Positions 29,879 to 39,201 of a DNA stretch of 64,000 nt are shown here, one piece after another. Within the stretch, counting starts at the first letter, position 1. Every line of letters begins with the position of its first letter. The notes under the pieces are model-generated. The model was not told where the DNA came from. It did not search any database and was given only the letters and a program-made list of their open reading frames with translations. This DNA is from an uncultured Candidatus Rokubacteria bacterium (GTDB lineage Bacteria > Methylomirabilota > Methylomirabilia > Rokubacteriales > DASRDR01), in NCBI GenBank assembly GCA_963708025.1, contig CAVPSB010000025.1, forward strand, positions 128,001 to 192,000, given 5' to 3'. Position numbers and translations under genes: made by a program.

Positions 29879-30877
29879 GTGAAGGGGGTCGCGCGCGTGC
29901 CCACGGTCGGCGAGACCGTCGCCGAGATGGTCCAGTACGTGTTCCCTCAGTACGCGGGCGCGCCCGGGCAGATCTACGGCGGCCGGATGATGGAGTGGAT
30001 CGCCACCGCCGGGACGCTGGCCGCGTCGCGCGTCGCCCGGGGGCCGGTCGCCCTCGGCGCGATGGACGACATCGACTTCCTCCACCCCGTCAAGGTCGGA
30101 GAGATCGCCATCCTGCGGGCGCGGGTGGAGTGGATCGGGCGGACCTCGCTGGAGGTCGGCGTCCGCGTCTACTCCGAGCGGCCGGAGACCGGCGAGCGTC
30201 ACCTGACGCTCTCGTCGCATCTGGCGTTCGTGGCGATCGACGAGGCGGTGCACCCGCGGCCGATCGGGGCGCGGATCGAGCCGGCCGACGAGCGGGAGCG
30301 TGCGGTCGTCGAGGCGGCCCAGGCGCGGCGCGAAGCGCGGCGGGCGCGACTCGCGCTGCGGGCCGAGCGCGCGGGCGAGGTGCGGGACGAGACCGAGGGG
30401 TTTCGCTGGCGGTTCGAGGAGAGCCGCTTCGTGTTTCCCGAGGACGCGCTGCACGGCTCGCTGATGTTCGCCGGGAAGCTCCTGTTGATCGTTGACGCGG
30501 CGGCGGGGGTCCTGGCGGTGCGGTACGCGCGCGCGCCGCTGGCGACGGCGTCCATGGACGCGCTGGAGTTCTACACGCCGATCCGGGTCGGAGACATCGT
30601 GACGTTGCACGGCGCGCTGAACCGGGTCGGGAATCGCTCGATGGAGATCGGCCTGAAAGTGCTGGCGGAGGCACCGTTCACCGGGGAGGTGCGGCACACG
30701 TGCACGGCCTACCTCACGTTCGTGAAGCTGCGGGGGGCCGGGAACGGGCTGCCGCCCTTGACCGCGGAGACCCCGGTCGAGCAACGGTACCGGGACGCCG
30801 CCGACAAACGACACGCCGCGCGGCTCGAGCGCGTGCGACGGCTGCAGGCGGGCCTCGCGACCGAGGCCGCGTGGTGA
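29879..30877 (+). CDS. double hotdog acyl-CoA thioesterase
   Basis: Two hotdog domains (IYGGRMMEWI...IDFLHPVKVG; MFAGKLL...LEFYTPIRVGD). Confidence 0.88.
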   Translation: MKGVARVPTVGETVAEMVQYVFPQYAGAPGQIYGGRMMEWIATAGTLAASRVARGPVALGAMDDIDFLHPVKVGEIAILRARVEWIGRTSLEVGVRVYSERPETGERHLTLSSHLAFVAIDEAVHPRPIGARIEPADERERAVVEAAQARREARRARLALRAERAGEVRDETEGFRWRFEESRFVFPEDALHGSLMFAGKLLLIVDAAAGVLAVRYARAPLATASMDALEFYTPIRVGDIVTLHGALNRVGNRSMEIGLKVLAEAPFTGEVRHTCTAYLTFVKLRGAGNGLPPLTAETPVEQRYRDAADKRHAARLERVRRLQAGLATEAAW

Positions 30878-30894
30878 GCGGGGGGAGGTGACCG

Positions 30895-31647
30895 ATGTCC
30901 GGCCATTCGAAGTGGTCGCAGATCAAGCGGAAGAAGGCGAAGAACGACCAGCAGCGCGGTAAGCTGTTCTCGAAGCTGATTCGCGAGGTCACGACGGCGG
31001 CGCGGGTCGGCGGCGGGGATCCCAAGGGCAATGTGCGGCTCAAGGCCGCGATCGAGGAAGCCAAGGCCGTCAACATGCCGGCCGACACGCTGAAGCGCGC
31101 GGTCCAGAAGGGGACGGGCGAGCTCCCCGGGGAGACCTACGAGGAAGTGACCTACGAGGGCTACGGGCCGGCCGGCGTGGCGATGATGGTGAAGGTGCTG
31201 ACCGACAACAAGAACCGCACGGCGCCGGAGATCCGCCACGGCTTCACCAAGTTCGGCGGGAACCTGGGAGAGGTCGGCTCGGTCGGCTGGATGTTCGAGC
31301 GCAAGGGCCTGATCCTCGTGGAGGCGAGCCGGGTGGGCGAGGACGACCTCTTCACCCTCGCGCTCGAGGGCGGCGCCACCGACATGCGCCGGGCCGACAA
31401 CCTCTTCGAGATCTCGACCGAGCCGGCCCAGCTCGAGAGCGTGCGCCGGGCGCTGGAGGAGAAGGGGGTTCCGATCCAGTCGGCCGAGGTGACCTACGTG
31501 CCGCAGTCGACGATCCGGCTGGATGGCAAGGAAGCCCAGCAGGTGCTCCGCCTGGTCGAGGGGCTCGAAGAGCTGGACGACGTGCAGAAGGTGTACGCGA
31601 ACTTCGACATCCCGGACGAGGTGCTGGAGACGCTGGGCGCGGCGTGA
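30895..31647 (+). CDS. yebC: YebC/PmpR family protein
   Basis: MSGHSKWSQIKRKK, YEGYGPAG, TDNKNRT, LEELDDVQ.VY.N. Confidence 0.96.
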   Translation: MSGHSKWSQIKRKKAKNDQQRGKLFSKLIREVTTAARVGGGDPKGNVRLKAAIEEAKAVNMPADTLKRAVQKGTGELPGETYEEVTYEGYGPAGVAMMVKVLTDNKNRTAPEIRHGFTKFGGNLGEVGSVGWMFERKGLILVEASRVGEDDLFTLALEGGATDMRRADNLFEISTEPAQLESVRRALEEKGVPIQSAEVTYVPQSTIRLDGKEAQQVLRLVEGLEELDDVQKVYANFDIPDEVLETLGAA

Positions 31648-31679
31648 GCAGTTCTCGATCGGGGGAGGGGGGCCGGGGC

Positions 31680-31812
31680 TGAGAGCGTGTGAAGGAATGG
31701 GACCTCCGACTCCCCCCTCCCCCCGGCCAAAGGCCGAAGGCCGTCCACCGGTGGGGGAGGGGGGCCAAAGGCCGAAGGCCTTCGACGGATCGGGTGGGCG
31801 GGAGGTCCCGAA
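31680..31812 (+). repeat. family B palindromic repeat ending in GGGAGGTCCCGAA
   Basis: TGAGAGCGTGTGAA...GGGACCTCC...C-rich/G-rich arms...GGGAGGTCCCGAA; copies precede ruvB, DUF2905, csaA and queA. Confidence 0.85.
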
Positions 31813-32301
31813 CTGAGGGCGGCCGGCTTCGATCCCGGGCTGGCGGAAACGGGGTTCGCGGTGCTGGCGGGGGGCCGCGGGGGCCCGGCCGTCCTCGGGA
31901 CCGGCGTCCTCCGGACTCACGCCGCCGACCCGCTCGATCTTCGGCTCGAGCAGCTCTTCGAGGGCATCCACGGGGTCCTCGCCGCCTTCGTGCCGGATTT
32001 CCTGGTCGTCGAGGACGTCTTCAGCGCCCCCCGGGTGCCGCGCACGGCCATCCTGATGGGGCACGCGCGCGCGGTCATCTGTCTGGCCGGCCGCCAGCGG
32101 AAGCTGGCGCTCCTCAGCGTCACCCCGGCCGAGGTCAAGCGGGCGGTGACGGCGTCGGGGGCGGCGTCGAAGGACCAGGTCGCGCGGGCGATGCAGGCGC
32201 TTCTGCGGCTCCCGGTCGCGCCGCGCCCGAGCCACGTGGCGGACGCCCTGGCGCTCGCCTTCACGGGGCTCTCGCGCGCCCGCGGCCTGGGCCGGCGATG
32301 A
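31813..32301 (+). CDS. ruvC: crossover junction endodeoxyribonuclease RuvC (apparent CTG start)
   Basis: (L)RAAGFDPGL..TGF, VEDVF, MGHAR, EVKRAVT.SG.ASKDQV, ADALALA; the ORF-track start (31861) omits the catalytic Asp. Confidence 0.9.
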   Translation: MRAAGFDPGLAETGFAVLAGGRGGPAVLGTGVLRTHAADPLDLRLEQLFEGIHGVLAAFVPDFLVVEDVFSAPRVPRTAILMGHARAVICLAGRQRKLALLSVTPAEVKRAVTASGAASKDQVARAMQALLRLPVAPRPSHVADALALAFTGLSRARGLGRR

Positions 32302-32945
32302 TCGCGTCCCTGCGCGGGCGCCTGCGCCGGCGCCTGGAGGATCGCGTCGTCGTCGAGTCGGGAGGGGTGGGGTACGAGGTGGTGCTGCCGCCCGTGGTGT
32401 CGAAGGGCCTGGCCGACGCGGTGGTGGGGGACGGGGAGGAGGCCACCCTGCTGGCCCTCGTCATCTACTACCACGCGACCCGAGACCAGCCGCGGCCGGT
32501 GCTCATCGGGTTCACCGGGGAGCTGGAGCGGGAGTTCTTCGAGCGGTTGATCACGGTGAAGGACGTGGGACCGCTGGTGGCGGCGCGGGCGCTCGTCGCG
32601 CCGGTGCCCGACATCGCCGACGCCATCGTGCGGAAGGACGAGCGGTTCCTGCGCCGGCTGCCGGGGATCGGGCCCCAGAAGTGCCGGAACATCATCGCCC
32701 AGCTCGAGGGGAAAGTGGCCAAGTACGCGCTGATGCCGCAGCCGGAGGCGCCGCCGGCGCCGGTGACCGCGCCGATCGAGGACGAGGTCCGGACCGTGGT
32801 CCGGGAGGTCCTGGTGCGCCAGCTCGGCCTCCGGAGCGGCGAGGCCGAGCTGGCGATCCGCGAGGCCCTGGCCCGACGGCCGGACATCGACAGCCCGGAG
32901 GCGTTGTTCGAGGAGATCTACCGGGCCCGCCGAGGGACCCCGTGA
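32298..32945 (+). CDS. ruvA: Holliday junction branch migration protein RuvA
   Basis: MIASLRG, GGVGYEV, LIGF....REFFE.LITV..VGP, LPGIG HhH; lies between ruvC and ruvB. Confidence 0.88.
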   Translation: MIASLRGRLRRRLEDRVVVESGGVGYEVVLPPVVSKGLADAVVGDGEEATLLALVIYYHATRDQPRPVLIGFTGELEREFFERLITVKDVGPLVAARALVAPVPDIADAIVRKDERFLRRLPGIGPQKCRNIIAQLEGKVAKYALMPQPEAPPAPVTAPIEDEVRTVVREVLVRQLGLRSGEAELAIREALARRPDIDSPEALFEEIYRARRGTP

Positions 32946-32954
32946 GTCGCCCCC

Positions 32955-33096
32955 GGACGTGCGAAGCGGCTGGCTCCTTCGGCCGTCTCTCCGACCCCCC
33001 CCTCCCCCCGGCCAAAGGCCGAAGGCCGTCCACCGGTGGGGGAGGCGGGTTGGGGGGGTAGGTGGGAGGTCACGAAGTGGGCGGGAGGTCCCGAAA
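32955..33096 (+). repeat. family B palindromic repeat
   Basis: C-rich/G-rich arms, GGCCGAAGGCC module, duplicated GGGAGGTC(A/C)CGAA end. Confidence 0.8.
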
Positions 33097-34122
33097 ATCA
33101 GCCAGGAAGAGCCCTCGCTGCTGAGCCGGCTCCCGCTGGCCGACGAGGTCCAGTTCGAGCGGGCCCTCCGGCCCCAGCGGCTCGACGAGTACATCGGCCA
33201 GCGGGACGCGGTGGAGAGCCTCCGGGTGTCGGTCGAGGCGGCCCGGCAGCGGGGCGAGAGCCTGGACCACGTCCTGCTCTACGGGCCGCCGGGCCTGGGG
33301 AAGACCACCCTCGCCTACATCCTCTCCCACGAGATGGGGAGCGAGATCAAGACCACCTCGGGGCCGGCCCTCGAGCGCGGCGACGACCTCATGGGGATCG
33401 TCACCAGCCTGGAGCCGGGTGACGTGCTCTTCATCGACGAGATCCACCGCCTCCCGCGGCCGGTCGAGGAGCTGCTCTACCCGGCGATGGAGGACTTCGA
33501 GGTCAACTTCGTGGTCGAGAAAGGGATGCACGCCCGCACCATGCGGATCCCGCTCAAGCCGTTCACGCTGGTCGGGGCCACGACGCGGCCGGGCATGCTC
33601 AGCTCCCCTCTCCGCGAGCGCTTCGGCATCTTCCATCACCTGGACTTCTACACCGACGAGGAGCTGGCCCGCATCGTCGTCCGCTCGGCCGGCATCCTTG
33701 CGGTCACGGTGGAAGGCGAGGGCGCGCTCGAGATCGCCCGGCGCGCCCGCGGCACGCCGCGCATCGCCAACCGTCTGCTGCGCCGGGTCCGCGACTTCGC
33801 CCAGGTCCGGGGCGACGGGCGCATCAGCCACGCAACTGCCGACGCCGCCCTGACCATGGAGGGGGTGGACGCGCGGGGGCTCGACCGGCTGGACCGCCGG
33901 TTCGTCCAGGCGATCATCGAGCACTACGGCGGGGGTCCGGTGGGGCTGGAGGCGATCGCCGCGACCATCAACGACGAGGCCGAGACCCTGGCCGAGATGG
34001 TGGAGCCGTATCTGCTCAAGATCGGCTTCGTGGTGCGCGGGCCGAGCGGCCGGAAGGCGACGCCGGCCGCGTACCAGCATCTCGGCTATCGCACCGAGGG
34101 TCCGTTACAGCTGTCCTTGTGA
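33097..34122 (+). CDS. ruvB: Holliday junction DNA helicase RuvB (apparent ATC start)
   Basis: [60 protein letters not shown]. Confidence 0.95.
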   Translation: MSQEEPSLLSRLPLADEVQFERALRPQRLDEYIGQRDAVESLRVSVEAARQRGESLDHVLLYGPPGLGKTTLAYILSHEMGSEIKTTSGPALERGDDLMGIVTSLEPGDVLFIDEIHRLPRPVEELLYPAMEDFEVNFVVEKGMHARTMRIPLKPFTLVGATTRPGMLSSPLRERFGIFHHLDFYTDEELARIVVRSAGILAVTVEGEGALEIARRARGTPRIANRLLRRVRDFAQVRGDGRISHATADAALTMEGVDARGLDRLDRRFVQAIIEHYGGGPVGLEAIAATINDEAETLAEMVEPYLLKIGFVVRGPSGRKATPAAYQHLGYRTEGPLQLSL

Positions 34123-34561
34123 GCACGTGTGAATATCGGCGAGCCTCCGGCTCCCCCCCTCCGGCCACAGGCCGAAGGCCGTCGCGCGGCCGGGGAGGGG
34201 GGCCAAAGGCCGAAGGCCGTCCAAGGATCAGGTGGGCGGGAGGTCCCGAAAGGTGGATTCATGACGGAGATGGGAAAGCTGCTCAGCTGTCGCTGTGAGC
34301 ACGTGTGAGGTATCGGTGAGCCTCCGGCTCCCCCTCCCCCCCGGTGGGTGGGGGAGGGGGGCTGGGGGGGTGGGCGGGAGGTCCCGAAAGGTGGATTCAT
34401 GACGGAGATGGGAAAGCTGCTCAGCTGTCGCTGTGAGCACGTGTGAGGTATCGGTGAGCCTCCGGCTCCCCCTCCCCCCCGGTGGGTGGGGGAGGGGGGC
34501 TGGGGGGGTGGGCGGGAGGTCCCGAAAGGTGGATTCATGACGGAGATGGGAAAGCTGCTCA
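34120..34561 (+). repeat. three family B copies within a 138-bp tandem amplification
   Basis: ATGACGGAGATGGGAAAGCTGCTCA at 34261, 34399 and 34537 (period 138). Confidence 0.9.
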
Positions 34562-34764
34562 TCGGGGCCGGCGTGGCGCTGATCGTCATCGGCGGCCTGC
34601 TGGTGCTGTCGGGGTCCATGGGCGACAAGGTGCCGGCGGTCGGCCGGTTGCCGGGCGACATCCACATCCAGCGCGGCAACTGGTCCTTCTACTTCCCGCT
34701 GACGACCTCGATCCTGGTCAGCGTGATCTTGACGCTGCTGTTCACCCTCTGGTCCCGCCGATGA
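34537..34764 (+). CDS. DUF2905 family membrane protein
   Basis: MGKLLI..G, GRLPGDIHI.RGNW.FYFPLTTSILVS. Confidence 0.9.
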   Translation: MTEMGKLLIGAGVALIVIGGLLVLSGSMGDKVPAVGRLPGDIHIQRGNWSFYFPLTTSILVSVILTLLFTLWSRR

Positions 34765-35926
34765 GGGCCCGGGCCCGGACCGTTGCACGGCCCTTGCCGC
34801 GCTCGCGCTGCTCGTCGGGCTCGGCGTCGCCCCGGCTCGCGCGGCGGAGCCGATCCGCGTCCAGGTGGGGGACGGGCTCCGGGCCGTGGAAGTGGCCGCC
34901 CCGGATCTGGTCACCGTGCTCGACGCCGGGACCCGGCGCGCGCTCTTCGGCATCCCCGGCGGGCGCCCGATCCGCCTGGTGGCGACGGCCGGCGGCGGCA
35001 TGGAAGCGACGTGGGGGGCGGGGGGCGCCGTCGAGCGGCGGCGTCTGGTCATGCCCGGGGTCCGGCTCGAGAGCCGGCGCGTCGGGCTCCGTGTGGGGGC
35101 CCGCGACTTCGGCGGGGCCCTCGAGGTCTGGCGGAACGACGGGCTCCTGCTCGTCAACGAGCTGCCTCTCGAGGAGTACATCGCCGGGACGGTGCGGGCC
35201 GAGGCGCCGGAGCGCTGGCCCGCCGAGTCACTGCGGGCGCTGGCGGTCGTCGCCCGGACCTTCGCCGTGTTCCATCAGCAGAAGAACGCCGGCCGGCCGT
35301 ACCACCTGGTGGCCGGGAACCAGCATCAGAACTTCGCGGGGCGGATCGCGGAGGACTCGCCGGCCTGGGACGCCGTGCGAGCGACGGCGGGCCAGGTCCT
35401 GACCTGGCAGGGCGCCATCTTCCCCGCCTTCTACCACTCGGACTCCGGCGGCTACACCGAGCCGCCCCAGTCGATCTTCTCGGGAGGGGGCATCCCGCCG
35501 CTGCCGGGGGTCCGCGACGGGTTCTCGACCGATTCGCCGAACTACTCCTGGGCCGCGACGCTGCCGCTCTCCGTCGTCGCCGACCGCCTGCGCCAGGGCG
35601 GCGTCGAGGTCGGGGACGTCCGCGGGTTCACCGTCCTCGAGCGGAGCGTGTCGTTGCGGGTCCTGCGCCTGGCGGTGGAGCACACGCGGGGGACGGCGAC
35701 GCTCAAGGGGACCGACTTCCGGCGCCTGGTCGGGTACGATGTGCTGAAGAGCACGCTGTTCGTCGCCATGGTGGTGGACGGCGCGGCTCGGTTCGAGGGG
35801 CGGGGGTGGGGGCACGGCGCCGGGCTGTCCCAGTTCGGGGCCAAGGGGATGGCCGAGCGGGGCTATGCCTACCCGCAGATCCTGGCCCACTTCTACCCGG
35901 GCACCGCGTTGAGCACGCTGAAGTGA
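34761..35926 (+). CDS. SpoIID/LytB domain protein (apparent frameshift near 34775)
   Basis: VNELPLEEYIAG, LRALAVVARTFA, FYHSDSGG.TE, GRGWGHGAGLSQFGA, IL.HFYPG. Confidence 0.88.
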
Positions 35927-36006
35927 ATGACTTGTCGCCTCCGACTCCCCCCTCCCCCCCGGTGGGTGGGGGAGGGGGGTTGGGGGGGTAGGCGGGAGGT
36001 TCCGAT
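35923..36006 (+). repeat. family B palindromic repeat
   Basis: CCTCCGACTCCCCCCTCCCCCCCGGTGGGTGGGGGAGGGGGG...GCGGGAGGTTCCGAT. Confidence 0.85.
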
Positions 36007-36336
36007 CTGATCGCCTGGGAGGACTTCGAGAAGGTGGACATGCGCGTCGGTGTCGTCGTCCGGGCCGAGCCGTTCCCGGAGGCGCGGAAGCCGGCCTACA
36101 AGCTCTGGATCGACTTCGGCCCCCTCGGCCAGAAGCAGTCGAGCGCGCAGATCACCGACCACTACCGGGCGGAGGATCTCGTCGGCCGCCCGGTGGTGTG
36201 CGTGCTGAACTTCGCGCCCAAGCGGATCGGCCCCTTCGTATCCGAGGTGCTCGTGCTCGGCGCCTACACGAACGGCCGGGAGGTGATCCTGCTGCGCCCG
36301 GACCAGGACGTGGAGCGGGGGAGCCGGATTGGCTGA
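36007..36336 (+). CDS. csaA: tRNA-binding/export chaperone CsaA (apparent CTG start)
   Basis: (L)IAWEDFEKVDMRVG, FPEARKPAYKL.IDFG, SSAQIT, NF.PKRIG.F.SEVLVLG. Confidence 0.9.
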   Translation: MIAWEDFEKVDMRVGVVVRAEPFPEARKPAYKLWIDFGPLGQKQSSAQITDHYRAEDLVGRPVVCVLNFAPKRIGPFVSEVLVLGAYTNGREVILLRPDQDVERGSRIG

Positions 36337-36339
36337 GAT

Positions 36340-36638
36340 CCACTTCGGGGGGGTCTCGGAAGACCCCCCCGATTCCCCCCGCTCGGAGGCCGCGACTGTT
36401 GGACGGCCTTCGGCCTTTGGGCCGCGGCTCGAAGTGGAACGCCAGGGCCGTGTGGCCAGAGCCAAAGGGCGAGAGACGCCGTTGGGTGGGGAGTGGAAGC
36501 CGTCCGAGATGGGTTCACGGACTCTGAGAGCGTGTGAAGGATCCCGGTCCTCCGACTCCCCCCTCCCCTCCGGTGGGTGGGGGAGGGGGGCCAAAGGCCG
36601 AAGGCCGTCGAAGGATCGGGTGGGCGGGAGGTCCCGAA
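36340..36638 (+). repeat. composite repeat region: GC hairpin, GGCCTTCGGCC module and family B copy (36525-36638)
   Basis: CGGGGGGGTCT..AGACCCCCCCG hairpin; TGAGAGCGTGTGAAGG...GGGAGGTCCCGAA. Confidence 0.8.
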
Positions 36639-37682
36639 CTGGCGCTCACGCTGGACCGGTTCGACTACGAGCTGCCGGCCGACCGGATCGCTCAGGAGCC
36701 GGCGGAGCCGCGGGACAGCTCCCGGCTCCTGGTCCTCGATCGGCGGGCCGGTGCGCTCCGCGACGCGCACGTCCGCGACCTCGGCGCCCTCCTCCGTCCC
36801 GACGACTGCCTCGTGCTCAACGACACCCGGGTGGTGCCGGCGCGGCTCCTCGGGTGGATCGAGGGATCGGGGCGGGAGGCCGAGCTGCTGCTCGTGCGGG
36901 AGCTGGACGGGGGCGAGTGGGAAGCCCTGGTGCGACCGGCCCGCCACTGCCCGGTGGGCACCGTCCTCGTCGTCGCCGACGGCGCCGCCCGCGCGGTCGT
37001 GCTCGGCCTCGGCCCCCTCGGGCAGCGGCGCGTCCGGCTGGAGACCTCCGGCGGGGTGCCCGACCTCCTGGCCCGACACGGCCTGCCCCCGCTCCCGCCC
37101 TACATCCGCCGCTACCGGAAGCCGGGCGGCGAGGACTGGGCCCGCTACCAGACCGTCTACGCCGAGCGGGACGGGGCAGTGGCCGCGCCGACGGCCGGGT
37201 TGCACTTCACCCCCGAGCTACTGGCGACCCTGGCCGGCGGGGGCGTCGAGCTCCGCCGGGTGACGCTCCACGTCGGCCCGGGCACCTTCCGCCCGGTCCG
37301 CGTCGCGCGGCTGAGCGAGCACCGGATGGAGGCGGAATCCTACGTGGTGCCGGCGTCGACCGCCGACGCGGTGGCCCGGGCCCGGGCCGAGGGCCGCCGC
37401 GTCGTCGCCGTGGGGACCACGACGGTGCGCGCGCTGGAGACCGCGGCCGGCCCCGACGGGACGGTGGCGGCGGGCGCCGGCTGGACCGAGCTGACGATCC
37501 TGCCGGGTCACCGGTTCCGGGCGGTGGACGCCCTCCTCACCAACTTCCACCTCCCGCGCTCCTCGCTGCTCCTGCTCGTCTCGGCGCTGGCCGGGCGCGA
37601 GCGGATCCTCGCCGCCTACCACCACGCCATCGATTCCGGCTACCGGTTCTACTCGTACGGCGACGCCATGCTGATCCTCTGA
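36639..37682 (+). CDS. queA: S-adenosylmethionine:tRNA ribosyltransferase-isomerase (CTG 36639, or repeat-internal GTG 36534)
   Basis: FDYELP..RIAQ.P, NDTRVVPARL, PLPPYI, YQTVYA, AAPTAGLHF, TNFHLP.SSL, YRFYSYGDAM. Confidence 0.95.
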   Translation: MALTLDRFDYELPADRIAQEPAEPRDSSRLLVLDRRAGALRDAHVRDLGALLRPDDCLVLNDTRVVPARLLGWIEGSGREAELLLVRELDGGEWEALVRPARHCPVGTVLVVADGAARAVVLGLGPLGQRRVRLETSGGVPDLLARHGLPPLPPYIRRYRKPGGEDWARYQTVYAERDGAVAAPTAGLHFTPELLATLAGGGVELRRVTLHVGPGTFRPVRVARLSEHRMEAESYVVPASTADAVARARAEGRRVVAVGTTTVRALETAAGPDGTVAAGAGWTELTILPGHRFRAVDALLTNFHLPRSSLLLLVSALAGRERILAAYHHAIDSGYRFYSYGDAMLIL

Positions 37683-38848
37683 TGAGCTTCGAGCTCTCGG
37701 CACAGGACGGCGCGGCGCGGCGGGGCCGACTCACCACCCCGCACGGGGTGGTCGAGACGCCGGCGTTCATGCCGGTCGGCACCCTGGGCGTGGTCAAGAG
37801 CCTGACGCCCGCCGATCTCCGGGAGGTCGGCGCCCAGATCGTCCTCGCCAACACCTACCACCTCTTCCTCCGCCCCGGCGCCGCGCTCGTGCGCGAGCTG
37901 GGGGGGCTCCATCGCTTCATGGCCTGGGACGGCCCGATCCTGACCGACTCCGGTGGCTACCAGGTGTGGAGCCTGGCGGCGCTCCGCACGATCGGCGAGG
38001 AGGGGGTCCGCTTCCGCTCGCACCTCGACGGGGGGGCCGAGCACCTGCTCACGCCCGAGCTGGCCGTCTCCGTCCAGCACGACCTGGGCGCCGACGTCCT
38101 GCACCCCCTCGACGAGTGCCTGCCGCATTCGGCGACCCGGGCCGAGACGGAGGTCTCGCTCGCGCGCACCCTCCGCTGGGCCCGGCGGGCGAAGACGGCG
38201 CACGCCGACGGCGCCCGACCAGGCCAGGCGTGCTTCGGCATCGTGCAGGGCGGGATGTACGGGGACCTCCGGCGGGCGGCGGCCGAGGCGACGTGCGCGA
38301 TCGGCTTCGACGGCTACGCCCTCGGCGGCTTCGCCGTCGGCGAGCCCCGGGGTCTCATGGTCGAGCTGGTGGGGGAGACCGCGGCGGCGCTGCCGCCGAG
38401 CCGGCCCCGTTACCTGATGGGCGTGGGCCGACCGGACGACCTGGTGGAGGCGGTGGCGGCGGGGGTCGACCTGTTCGACTGCGTCCTGCCGACGCGGCAT
38501 GCCCGCACCGGTCAGCTCTTCACCCGGCACGGCCTGCTGACCATCAAGCACGCCGCCCACGCTCGCGACGGGCAGCCGCTCGACCCCGCGTGCCCCTGCC
38601 AGACGTGCCGGCACTTCTCCCGGGCGTACCTCCGGCACCTGTTCCTGGCGCGGGAGCTGACCGTCTACCGGCTCCACACGCTCCACAACCTGACCTTCTA
38701 CCTCGGTCTCATGGCCGAGATGCGTGCCGCCATCGCGGCCGGGACGTTCGAGCGCCTGCGCCGCCGGATTCTCGATGTCTATGGCTCGGCCGAGGCCGAG
38801 CCTGTCACCGTGCCGGCCGAGGCGCCGGTGCAGGAGGACCGGACGTGA
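37682..38848 (+). CDS. tgt: tRNA-guanine transglycosylase
   Basis: TPAFMPVGT, NTYHL, LTDSGGYQV, GIVQGG, RYLMGVG, FDCVLPTR, CPCQTC. Confidence 0.96.
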   Translation: MSFELSAQDGAARRGRLTTPHGVVETPAFMPVGTLGVVKSLTPADLREVGAQIVLANTYHLFLRPGAALVRELGGLHRFMAWDGPILTDSGGYQVWSLAALRTIGEEGVRFRSHLDGGAEHLLTPELAVSVQHDLGADVLHPLDECLPHSATRAETEVSLARTLRWARRAKTAHADGARPGQACFGIVQGGMYGDLRRAAAEATCAIGFDGYALGGFAVGEPRGLMVELVGETAAALPPSRPRYLMGVGRPDDLVEAVAAGVDLFDCVLPTRHARTGQLFTRHGLLTIKHAAHARDGQPLDPACPCQTCRHFSRAYLRHLFLARELTVYRLHTLHNLTFYLGLMAEMRAAIAAGTFERLRRRILDVYGSAEAEPVTVPAEAPVQEDRT

Positions 38849-39183
38849 TCGACCTCGCTTACGCCATGGCCCCGTCCCCGGGGGGCGGCAGCGGCCCGGG
38901 GGCCATCATGATCCAGCTCATCCCGATGGTCCTTATCTTCGCCATCTTCTTCTTCCTCCTGATCCGCCCGCAGCAGCGGGAGCGCAAGCGGCGGGAGGAG
39001 ATGCTGGCAAGTATCAAGAAGGGCGACCGGGTGGTCACCAGCGGCGGGCTGATCGGGACGGTCGTCGGACTCAACGAGCAGACGGTCACTCTGCGGATCG
39101 CGGACACCGTACGCGTGGAGTGCCTGCGGAGCGCGGTGACCGGGCCCCACGGGGCGGCCCGGGGCGAGCAGGAATCGGCCTGA
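38845..39183 (+). CDS. yajC: preprotein translocase subunit YajC
   Basis: FFFLLIRPQQ, KGDRVVTSGGLIG; tgt-yajC-secD-secF synteny. Confidence 0.93.
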   Translation: MIDLAYAMAPSPGGGSGPGAIMIQLIPMVLIFAIFFFLLIRPQQRERKRREEMLASIKKGDRVVTSGGLIGTVVGLNEQTVTLRIADTVRVECLRSAVTGPHGAARGEQESA

Positions 39184-39201
39184 GGCCGGGAGAAACGGAG
39201 C

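Noticed and set aside
34231-34561. CRISPR array
   Set aside because: The units are near-identical 138-bp duplications containing gene fragments; no unique spacers and no cas genes.
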